Made by a program: the position numbers and the translations under genes. Under the pieces are notes generated by a model. It worked only from the letters and a program-made list of their open reading frames with translations, ran no database searches and was not told the origin of the DNA. From Carcharhinus longimanus (Eukaryota): DNA of 64,000 nucleotides. This document shows, piece by piece, positions 1 to 10,269 of this stretch. The stretch spans positions 73,632,713 to 73,696,712 of the forward strand of contig JASCQW010000061.1 in the NCBI GenBank assembly GCA_030264375.1, written 5' to 3'. Position 1 is the stretch's first letter; the number at the start of each line of letters is the position of its first letter.

Positions 1-443
1 GGAGTGGGGGGATCTCTGCGGGGATGACGACTGAGGGAGTGAGGGGATTTCTGCAGGGGTGGTGATCAGGAGAGTGGGGGAGCTCTGCAGGGGTATGATT
101 AGCAGTGGGCAAACTCTGAAGGGCTTCAAGGGGTGGCGAGACAGCATAGGGAGCGGTCAGCCATGGGTCCTGATGTCTGTGGGATGGCGAGGTGATGATA
201 GGGGATCTCTCACTGCCCTGGGAGATCAGGGTGCTTGTACAGTGGTGCCCCAGGAGCTCAGCAGCCAGCTTCACCAGCAAGGTTTGGCTCCGTCATCCTC
301 CTGCTGGTGAGAATTGTATCTGGGCTTTTTCTTAACTAAATGGTGTAAGATTGCAACTGGCAGCTTGCCCAGAAATTTGGCATGATTCTCTGCCATTTTA
401 ATGCTTGTTCGACACTTTGAATATCTTTCATAAAATTCCACCC
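1..443. mobile_element. Right part of a non-autonomous Harbinger-type element with degenerate ~34-bp G-rich internal repeats
   Basis: Ends in TIR-like AAAATTCCACCC at 443; 250-443 resembles 25570-25761 (GGAGCTCAG..GCC..CTTC...GAGAAT...TTGGCA...); GGAGTGGGGGGATCTCTGC-like units recur in 1-110. Confidence 0.5.
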
Positions 444-656
444 AAAGTGTCATCCAACGAACAAATTACTTTTCACCATTCCTTCATCTAATTGCATTCG
501 TAGAATCATAGAATCCCTGCAGTGCAGAAGGAGGTCTTTCGGCCCATCGAGACTGTGGTGACAACAATCCCATCCAGACCCTATCCCCATGTATTTACCC
601 TGATAATCCCCTGACACTAAGGGACAATTCACCTAGTCTGCACGTGTTTGGACTGT

Positions 657-844
657 AAGAAGTCCCTCAACACCAGGTTAAAGTCCAATAGGTTTATTTG
701 GCAGCTTTCGGAGTCTCAGGCTCCTCACCTGGTGAAGGAGACTCCGAAAGCTAGTGTTGCCAAATAACCCTGTTGGACTTTAACCTGATGTTGTGAGACT
801 TCTTACTGTGCTTACCCCAGTCCAACGCCGGCATCTCCACCTCA
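657..844 (+). mobile_element. Short Penelope-derived insert: inverted arm + hammerhead-like motif + tail
   Basis: TSD TGTTTGGACTGT at 645-656 and 845-856; arm 655-716 is the reverse complement of 738-806; matches the 3' end of the GIY-YIG-bearing copies at 15631-16090 and 28336-29655. Confidence 0.85.
726..756 (+). ncRNA. Degenerate minimal type-I hammerhead ribozyme motif
   Basis: CAC-CTGGTGA-AGGAGACTCC-GAAAGCTA-GTG; core CTGATGA altered to CTGGTGA; stem I CAC/GTG, stem II GGAG/CTCC. Confidence 0.55.
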
Positions 845-1047
845 TGTTTGGACTGTGAAGGGAAGCTGGAGCACTCAGCAGAAACCCACACAGGCATGGG
901 GAGAATATGCAAGGTCTATATAGACAGTCACCTGAAGCCAGAATTCAATCCAGGTCCCTCATGCTGTAAGGCAGCAGAGCTAACCACTATTGTGGGCAAT
1001 TAAGGCAGCATACACTCAAGACTCTCACAAACAATTAAGTCATCACT

Positions 1048-1181
1048 GGGTTCCAGTAAAAGGTCATCACCCTGAAACATGAACCCTGCTTTTTTGCAGA
1101 TGCTGTCTGACCTGTTGAGCATTTCTAGCATTTTCTGTTTAAATTGCAGATTTCCAACATTCACAGTAATTTTGTTTTTGC
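1048..1181 (+). mobile_element. 3' fragment of a second Penelope-like family with a decayed hammerhead-like motif
   Basis: GGGTT-CCAGTAA-AAGGTC..CCCT-GAAACATG-AACCC followed by CAGATGCTGTCTGACCTGTTGAGCATTTCTAGCATTTTCTG...CAGATTTCCAACAT, which I recall as a shark PLE terminus. Confidence 0.55.
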
Positions 1182-3290
1182 ATTTTGTAAAATATCACCC
1201 CCCCACTTCCTCCAAAGAAGCAGACTCTATAAAGACTTTAAAATGAGCAAATGTGAATCGGAAGAGTGCACCTGACCGTACAGATAACAATGAAGCTTTG
1301 ACAACTACAAACTGTGGGCATGTAGCCCCACTCATCCGGCCGCATTACTCTGGCCCAGATCTTTGCTGCCAGTTCGGTGCATAAAGATGGAGAATTCTCA
1401 ATTCCACAAACCCAACCTTTAAATCTGACTGCCTGGTCATTGGATTTCTAGTCTGTTGGGGTGGGGGCTGAGAGTTGGCCAGATTGGAAGTCTTCCATAT
1501 TTAACTCTCTGTTTGGTTCTTCTGGATTTAAATGATGTCGATGGATGATATTTAGGTGATACAGATTACATTCCCATTAGAAATTGTTTCGAGGATCAAC
1601 ATAAAGAAATAAGTAGCCATGTGTGTGTTACAAGCAGCTCCAGGATTGAGATGATCCTCTTCTCATTGCAGTTCGGATCCTCAGTTAGAGGAGTTGCTGA
1701 ATGAACCTTTTACATCTGTACCTGAGCAACCTGATGTTGCCTCCGGTTTCTTACTGTTGAGGAGAAAGGTCAGAAACCAGGCTCAGGTTTCTGCTCTAAG
1801 CAGCCTTAAGAAAGTCAAATCCATCACTCACTGGACTCTCAACCGTATCCCCACTATTCAATGGGCAAATTGGTTTAATGTCAAATCAGTGAAAGTCCTA
1901 TGAGATTATTTCCTGCAGTTAAGTTTGTGAATCATGCATGCAGGAAGACCTAGGCTCTCCCTTACTGTCACCACAGCATCATCTGTGCTTCCATAGAATG
2001 GGAGAATGGGTTAATCCCAGACTGTTTCTGAAATGTGGTGCGGCAGGTGACTGAGGACATTTCCACAAAGCTGTCACATTCTGCACTGATGCCTGCAACA
2101 AAGTTTCCCAGACATTGCCACAAATGAGGGGTGTAGAGTCAAATCAAAGGCACACACTCTAGAGATTGTTTTCAGAATTTACACATTGGTACAATGATTC
2201 CTTTGAGACTTCTTATCAAGTAAGTAGCGAGGAGTCCCATAAGTCCAAAACCATAGAAACCTTCTCCTTGTTCTCTGCTAGGCATGTGACAGATTTGGAC
2301 CCATTCCCAATTCCTTTATATTGTGCCAATCCAACATCCTCACTAAAAGTACATAATTCCTCTTGGATGAAAATATCTGAGTTAATGCTTGAGAATAAAA
2401 AAGCAAGTGCTGCACAAGTTAAAATCAACCATGTTTTCCAGAGGAACAAAGGGATGAGATTTTGGTCCAGATATTTACATCCTCTTCCTCCTGATCATCA
2501 TCCTCCTCAGTATTGTTACTGTCATATGACACAAGGATGGAGTTCTTGCCCTCCTTCTTATCAACATCTTCTTTCTCTTCCTCAGTAACTGCACCCCGAT
2601 CACTCTCAGCTAGGGTATCTGCAACAAAGAATGGTAGCAACTAAGAATAAAGACATTGGAAGGCTGAAAAGGTTTACTGTTGTATGATGCTTCTTACAAC
2701 TACCTATATAGATATGTAGCCAGTAAGTTGACACCAAAATTAAGCCATCAATTATCTGTCCCCAGTGCTAGAACAGAATGTCAGCCCAACAGCCCCGCGG
2801 CCTGCTCTTTTAAAGGGTTTATACCCCTCAGGTCAGGCTGCCTACTTCTCAAGGACATTTTGTGCAAATTTCTCCTGCAATAAGATTAGAAGCACTTGAT
2901 TGTCTCTCATGTGACATGGGACAGTTTATGTAAGGTACTCTCTGTCAGAGTGGTGGAAGGGGCTTACAGATTACGCATGTAAACAATTGCTTTTAGGGAG
3001 TTACTGTCAAGTGCTATAAGATATTGAGTTTTTGACCCGGCCAAACCTGCTTTCAAAATGAAAGATTATATTACATTCTTGTTCAATGTACCAATTGTAC
3101 CGATTATCATCCCCAATTTGNNNNNNNNNNCGGTGTATCGATGCTGAAGTGAAAACAGAACAACATAATATTGCCTGAAAGCTTTGTTCAATCTCTTTGA
3201 GTAGAGTTTGGAGATGGGTTTTGCTGGAATTGAGAGCTCTTCTTGTGTTCTTCTTCACACTGCTTTGTCCTTTATTGGAAGACTGATCGT

Positions 3291-3353
3291 GAGTGAGGCT
3301 TCAACCCACTGTCCTTTGAATCAGAGGCAGGAGTGCTATTAAACTAGCCAAGG
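3291..3353 (-). mobile_element. tRNA-derived SINE head fragment (DeuSINE-like)
   Basis: Reverse complement CCTTGGCTAG..TAGCACTCCTGCCTCTGATTCAAAGG..GTGGGTTGAAGCC resembles an A/B-box head. Confidence 0.4.
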
Positions 3354-4212
3354 TGAAAGGAAAAAAAGGCTTGCTTTGATATCAGCACCTTAAGCATTCT
3401 TAAACGTATCAAAACTCCTCACATCCAATGAATCATTTTCCTGATTTTTTGTTCTACATTCTCAAGTATTCTGATTTCATCAGCAAAACCTGACGTGAAC
3501 GAAAGAATCCAAATGCGAACACACAAACCGAATGATTTCAAATACAGGCTGAGCACTGGGAATAATCAAATTTATGAAACGAATTCATTTAGGACATTAG
3601 CTACATTTTTCAAGCAAACACCAAATGGGAATCAGTTTTCTTTCAATCACCCAATAACAATGCAGCATGATTAACTGAGAAGACTAATGTCTTTCTCCCA
3701 TCGCTGCCCATGTGGTTCAATAATGTTAAATGTGCACCATGATTCCTGCTGATTGCAAATGATCTTACTTGTCTGTTCTGTGAGTTGTGATTATAAGTCA
3801 ACAAGTTTTAAATATCTGCAGTGCCAGTGTAAACGTTAAAACTACAGCTGTGTACAGCTTCACCACCAAGTGTATAATGCATCCACGTTGAATTTGGCCA
3901 GCAAATAATTAAGTGAATTCATCATATCGCCTCCCATTTGGCAGGTGCTGGTGGGGAATTAATTGGCCTCAATCACGGGGAGGTGGTTTAATTAAACTTA
4001 ACAAACTTTTGTAAACTTTGTGAAATAATTTAAGTCCAACTTGATGACTGCTTAATTTTTTGGAATTTGATTGTCAAATGTTTTAATAATACGTTATCCC
4101 TATGTGGCTCTAATGAATTAACATGCTGTGAGAAATCTAGTGAATGCTTTTGATTGAATAATAGAATAATGATCAACATTAGATTATGTAACCTTGAAAA
4201 ATAGGTTAATTG

Positions 4213-4556
4213 AAAGAAAGCATTTTAATTTTTTAGCATCTTATCACATCCATGCACGTTTCAGCATTTCAAAGTATTTCATGTCCAGTGATTTACTGTT
4301 TTTAAAGTGTAGTCATTGTTTCACTGTTGTTATGTAAGCAGATGTAGCAGCTAAATTGAACACAGTAAGGTCCCCAAAACAGCAAATGAGATAAATGACT
4401 ATTTAATCTTTTTGTCATTGGCATTGATTGAGAGTGAAATAAAAAAAAAGCCTAATAATGCCATGGGATCTTTTATTCAGGACTTAGAATATTACCTCGT
4501 TCAACTGTAAAAAATACAGCAATTCCTCAGTACGATGACAATTCAGCTGAAACTAT
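4213..4556 (-). mobile_element. DeuSINE (SacSINE1-like) body and tail
   Basis: AAGTGTAGTCA...GCAGCTAAATTGAACACAG..AACAGCAAATGAGATAAATGAC...ATGCCATGGGATCTTTTA...CAGCAATTCCTCAGTAC matches the Deu-domain SINE pattern as I recall it. Confidence 0.65.
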
Positions 4557-7500
4557 GGGCTGGATTTAAACTTTGAGATGTAGTGGGAATGACAGTTTGG
4601 TACAGGGAGTAGGTGGAGGGGGAAGGAGGGAGAAGGGGGTGGGTTGGTGGACGGGGTGGGGCGGTGTTGGCAGAGAGTCCAGTAGCACACTAAAAACCCA
4701 GAAGAGAATGCAACACGACAATCAATGCTTTTTTAACCCAGCCAATGAATTACTGGGCAAGAGTTTTCAGTTCATCGGCTTCCCATTCTCCCGGTGAGAA
4801 AGGTGATTGCAAGTCCAGCCCCACTCAGTTAAGTGACTCTGAGTAAGAATCCTGCCCCCTTCTGGGGAGGAGGTCCTACCTCCCTGAGCTGCCAACCTAA
4901 CAGATGACCAGAAAATCTCTGATCACAGCAGAGCCTCGGGAGTGGTAGCCACTTCAGAGACTGCACCCAGTTCCTAACAGATCCTCGCTGGAGTCAGATG
5001 GAGATATAAACTGGGGGAAAGTTTCTGGAGGGCCAGGATAGGAGACCCTGACAAGGTATTTGGGTGTGGAGGCTTGGATAAGGTGGGGTGGAGAGAGGAA
5101 GACCTAGGGGATCAGGGGGTAGACATTGGGGGTGCTTCCATGGTGCCCTTAAAGGAGGTACCCCTTCTTTCCAGGCTATAGCCCTAGGATTTGCATACAA
5201 TATTCATTCATGTTGACTTAATGAAAGTGGAAAGATGAAATATGATCAAAATTATCACAAAGTCTTTTTACCTTGACAGGTTTAATTAATGTTTTTAATT
5301 TCACACTGAACATTCACTCGTTTAGCAAGAGATGGTGTAGGAGGATGATGAAGACTCCTCTGAGGGTGCAGCATCACCAGACTCATTCATATTACACCTC
5401 AGCTCAGATACTCACCCCGAGGGCTTTGGTAAGGAAAATGTTCACCTGGAGACTCACACATCACAAGTGAGAAAGAGCAGATGGCGAAGACAAGGAAAGC
5501 AATAGAGAGCCTGTACTGGAGGCCACAGAACTCTCCAAGCTCTGCTCAGCTGCTGGGACATGGTGTACCTCAGGGGCCATTCATGAACAGGATCCTTCAG
5601 GACCTGCAGCAGAGAAGGCGTGATGGTGTTTCATCTGCAGTATACATGCTTTTGGAGAGATGGAGTCCATCTCGAGGATGAATGGTATGATTGGCTATCT
5701 CCAGAATGGAGTTGCCTTTAGTTGCTTGGACCATGAAATATAGCAGTCAGGAAGTGCAAACAGGCCTTCATCATTGGCTTATGTCTTATGAATGCCACTA
5801 ATAGACCGATTGATACCTTAGCCTTGGCCATTCACCTCCAGTGCATTGCTTGCAGAGCAGGGTAGCTGGACCATGAGAGTATGTTGATGAAAGGGGATGT
5901 GGAAGTGGGAATGGATCAAAGTGTTCTCCCTTCTCACCCGATGTTCTCCCACCACCCCAATCAATACCCACATATTGCTGTGTGGCCTGATAGTAGTCTT
6001 CCCTTGCAGAGGTAATGGTGAGTTACCCTTTAACGGAACCCTCATGGGCATCAAAATCCAGAGAATATTGGCTTTAAGTTGTCTCCATCCACACCACCCC
6101 AACCCTTCCAATGTCAGGTCCCTAAATCAGGGCACTGAGTGCCTCTCGAAGAGGGGCCACCCCAACCCCCACCCCAACCACCCCAGTAGGCCATTAACAA
6201 ACTGAGTGGGTTTGTTGGTCAGCTTGTAGTAGGAACAGGTGCCGCTTTGCCATGTTGCCCATTTTTGTTTGCTGCCTGACAGCTGGCTTTTTCACTTATG
6301 ATGAATGCTGAGATGAGACATACATAATAACAGGGCCACTGAAAAACTTACTTGCTTGCAGAACTTATTTTTGGCAGTGACATTTGTTGGGGATGGATTG
6401 GTGATGGTCAGAGTGCGGGGGAAATGGTATCGGAAGGGTGGGCTGGTGGAACATAATTGAATCTCCTAAGAATGAGGCATTGTGGTTGTCAAAGTGAGCA
6501 GTTACTCACATCACATTCTGCCTTTCCCTTCATCTTAGACTTGTGTGAAGAGACTCTGTGCCTTGATCTTCCTACAGGTCCAAGCCGTGCTGCTGTGTAA
6601 CATTGTGCAGCTCACTATGACCATTCTGGTTGGTGATACTGAAGGGTGTCTCCAGATCTGCCCAGGCATCTGAAGCACATCTCCAGCACGTCAGTCACTT
6701 GCTCAGTGACACATTATTTGGTTGTCACATGTATTAATTTCTGGGCCTCATTGAATGTGTTCCTCACAGATGTCAGGGGCCACACTTTAAGTGGGTATTT
6801 CCCCTTATCTCTGAGCAGCCAGCCGACAACACTGTTTCAAGTTGCAAAGAGATCAGGGAAGATGAACTGCTGCAGGGCGAAAGCATCTTGGCAGCTGCCT
6901 GGAAATGTTAGACAGAGCTGTGTCAAGATTGCTCTGTGTTTGCACACCAGCTGCACACTGATGGAGTGGAAGCTCTTTCTTTTGATGAACATTGTCAGGT
7001 TATCATTTAGTTGCCCTAATTTATCACGTGTGCAATGGCTAATGCCCTGCATCTGTGGGAAGCCTATCAAAAATATCAACCCCAATGTCCACACATCCTA
7101 ACTGGCAGTATCGCTGGCAAAGTTGACATAATTGTTGGCCGTGACGAACAGACAGCAGTCACCTCTTTAATCCATCTGTAAGTCTCTAATTGAAATCCTT
7201 CAACAGGCTGCTGGAAGATGGAGACGATAAATGTTGAGAGGCAGTGGTTACTTTAACAACCACTGGTAAAGCATGGCTAACCAGGTCCATGTCTTGCCCC
7301 AGCAGGTTGCAAATATCTGCCACCACCAGAAGCCTCCAGACTGACTGCTGCCGTGGTGTGTGGAGGAAGGTCATCCTCAGGTATGGCCTCCTGCCAACCT
7401 CACTCTCTCTGTTCATCCCCTCCATCCTGTGGAGCTGCCAATCCGTGATTAGCAGCCTGTCGGTGTTCTGGATGATGTTGGGGTTATTCCTGCTGCCGAC

Positions 7501-8052
7501 TCTGCTGTTGCTGCTGCTGCCTCCTCTCACACATGTTTGCAAGCAATCAGCTGTGAGCTTTCAGCTCTTATTGGCACAGTTCCCCGTTGTGTCTTCAGCA
7601 CTCTCAATGGCCACTGTGTTCTCAACTTGCTTTCATTGCTGAGTTCCAGCAATGTCAGGAAACCAGTGAACCCACATTTAAATTGGAAAGCCCATGTTAA
7701 TATTACTGTAACTGACTGATGAAGGTATTGAAATTGACAACCGTCTTTCCTGAAGGGGTTGTACACATTCAACCCAAACCCCTGGAGTTAAATGTGGCAG
7801 TTGGCAGGTCAAAGCAGGCTTCTCAATGCTCATACATTTTTTCACAGCTTAATCCTGCACCCATGTCCATTTGCAATGAGCTCTCACATGTTAAAATTCA
7901 CCCCGGTGTTCTCGATCTCTGGAGAGAGGCTGAACCTATAGTTTTCTGGTTCAGAGCTGAGAATCCTACCAACCAGGCTAACCTCAGTTAAAATGAGAAT
8001 CAAAGCAATGTCTTTTTCCCCCAAAAAAACATTTACACTAAACATCCAAGCT
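4557..8052. mobile_element. PIF/Harbinger DNA transposon remnant 1 (Myb-partner gene on +, transposase on -)
   Basis: Left TIR GGGCTGGATTT at 4557, decayed right TIR near 8052; Myb-partner C-terminal region ~5330-5850 resembles 10980-11170 and 52300-52450; convergent transposase. Confidence 0.75.
6500..7500 (-). pseudogene. Decayed Harbinger (HARBI1-like, DDE_Tnp_4) transposase
   Basis: Peptides HALPVVVKVTT, GFPQMQGISHCT..FIKRKSFHSISVQLVC..FPGSCQDAFAL, WLLRDKG, FRCLGRSG; frameshifts and stops present. Confidence 0.9.
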
Positions 8053-8669
8053 TGAGGTGAAATTGCGCAGAGAAGCAAAATTTAACTCAGCTTTTCTGAC
8101 TCTGAATGAGGACCAAAATGGAACTCGTGTGAAACAACCCAGAGGGTGATGGGGGTGGAGTGAGCTTTATGGAGGAGGTGGGAGGTGGTGCTGGATGGGT
8201 GGGAGTCTCATCCTCTTTTAGCTGAAGTCTGTGTCACTGCTGTAAAGTCTGACTTTGAAATGTTTTGAGCAATCTACTGAATGCCATTAACGTTTTAATA
8301 TTAGAAAATAACCGTCGGGCTCTTGAGGAAAGCTCTGTGAGTATGTTTAAGTTTTCTGGCTTTGTATACGTTTATGATGAATAGCAAATTAAAATAAATG
8401 AAAATCGAAATACAGAGTTTTAAATCAGACTGCAGGTTCACTATCAGCTGTGTGGTACTATCATACAAATTGTGCTAAAATTGGACTGTTGTTAAAACAG
8501 AACATGTAATATAAAATTTGTTCCAACTAATGCCTTTAAAAAGGAATCACGTTAATACCATTTTGAACTNNNNNNNNNNNNNNNNNNNNNNNNNNNNNNN
8601 NNNNNNNNNNNNNNNNNNNNNNNNNNNNNNNNNNNNNNNNNNNNNNNNNNNNNNNNNNNNNNNNNNNNN

Positions 8670-8890
8670 CTAAATATCAAATTCAATATCCTGATCCTGC
8701 CTTCGCCCACCCCCCAAATCCTTTGACCCCTTTAGCCCCAAGAATATATCTAATTTCTTCTTGATATCACACAACAATTTGGCCCCAACTACTTTATGTG
8801 GTAAGGAATTCCACACATTCGTCACTCTTTTTTCTTAAAAGCCTTCTTCTCAAACAATGATCCCTAGTTCTGGACTCCCCCACCATACCT
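8670..8890 (-). mobile_element. CR1 LINE 3' fragment
   Basis: ATATATCTAATTTCTTCTTGA...GGAATTCCACACATTC is the reverse of the CR1 RT C-terminus/3' UTR. Confidence 0.6.
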
Positions 8891-9075
8891 CCAATGTTAA
8901 AGTCTGGGTTGGCTAATACAGGTTCATTGGTCAGAATGCTATTTAATGTTTCAAAAAAATTTTTGATAGTATGTTCAGATCATGGTTTTGAGGGTCTGAT
9001 GATATCACTTTAATGCTCCCTGGATCTGTGGGTAGTAGGCTGAGAATTTCAACTGTGCTACTGCTAAGGGTGACA

Positions 9076-9389
9076 GGACAGCACAGTGGGGACGGCACAG
9101 TGGTCAGCACTTCTGCCTCACAGCACCAGGGTCCCAGGATCAATTCTGGCCTCGGGTCACTATCTGTGTGGAGTTTGCATGTTCTCCCCATGCCTGTGTG
9201 GGTTTCCTCCAGGTGCTCCCACAGTCCAAAGGTGTGCAGATTAAGTTGCTAAATTGGCCCTTAGTGTCAGGGGGATTAGCAAGGTAAATGGTGGGGTTAT
9301 GGGAATAGGGCCTGGATGGGATTGTGGTCAGTACAGACTAGATGGGCTGAATAGCATCCTTCTGTACTGTAGGGATTCTATGATTCTAT
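9076..9389 (+). mobile_element. HE1 V-SINE
   Basis: GGCACAGTGGTCAGCAC head, TGTGTGGAGTTTGCATGTTCTCCCC V domain, GGGATTCTATGATTCTA tail. Confidence 0.92.
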
Positions 9390-9714
9390 ACCCTGACTGT
9401 GAACAACCTCTTGGGACACACAGGATATAAATTACATTCCTGATTCCGAGTGGGTCTCTTTCGGCAAACCATACTAGGTAAAGAAATAGGGCTCAATCAC
9501 TGCTTTGGTTGGGATTTTCTTGAGGAGAATGGCCTGTGAGAATTGAGTGACCAAGTCCAATATAGTGAGGAGGTAACTGAGCCAGCATCTGCAGCATTTT
9601 GCTCTCATTTTGTTCCAGGTATTATTAGCATTTGTAAAATTTATTATCAGTAGTAAAGCTCATTAGCAGCAACAACGTTATCAGTTACAAAATAGAAAAA
9701 TAACAAGATTGCTC

Positions 9715-10205
9715 AAGCCTTAAGAGTGCTCATCCTCTGCTATGTGGGAACTCCAGGATGCTCCAGCATAGGTAAATGACTATAAAGCACATGAATGCAT
9801 TGTTGCAAAGATAATACAGGAGGGAGGGCATCAGATTCTTGGGACATTGGGACTGGCTGTGGGGAGATAGGACCTGTATAGGCTGGTTGCAATTAAATTG
9901 AACCAGGACTGAGTTCCTTGGAGGGTGACTTGCTAGTGCTATTGGGAAGGATTGAAACAAACTTTGCAGGGGTGTGAGCACCAAGGGATAGTATCAGAGA
10001 GGAATGACAACGGGCACAATATGCTGGGAAATAGCACTAGAACAGGGAATAAGTTAATAAGTAGGGTCAGAGTAAGGAAGAAAGTAATAAAGTCTAAATC
10101 AGGATTACTGTGCAAGTATGGGAAGTATGAGGTGTGGTTAATAAGATTGGTGAATTACAGGCACAGATTGACATTTTGTGGCTATAATAGAGACTTGGCT
10201 CAGAG
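9715..10205 (+). mobile_element. CR1 fragment covering the end of ORF1 (esterase-like) and start of ORF2
   Basis: Decayed REGIRFLGHWDWLWG.DLY..LASAIGKD motif, followed by GTGGCTATAATAGAGACTTGGCT (endonuclease ETWL motif). Confidence 0.65.
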
Positions 10206-10269
10206 AAAGCCTCTCTGGGGATTCTTCTCTAGACAGTTTAGGGAAGGCGAGAGATTATTTTTCTGAAGG

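Larger units (their letters stand above)
501..990 (-). mobile_element. HE1 V-SINE with CR1-type (GATTCTAT)n tail, interrupted by a Penelope-derived insert
   Basis: Reverse complement shows tRNA-like head, V domain (GAAACCCACACAGGCATGGGGAGAA on +) and TAGAATCATAGAATCCC tail. Confidence 0.9.

Noticed and set aside
655-806. Hairpin as a pre-miRNA, classical MITE or CRISPR-like repeat
   Set aside because: The asymmetric tail, 12-bp TSD and identity with the Penelope 3' end explain it; there is no repeat-spacer array in the window.
6500-7500. Domesticated HARBI1 or MSANTD/NAIF1-type host genes
   Set aside because: Multiple stops and frameshifts, TIR context and several divergent copies indicate dead transposons.
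9076-9160. tRNA genes at SINE heads
   Set aside because: A/B-box regions run straight into V-domain bodies and I see no complete cloverleaf.
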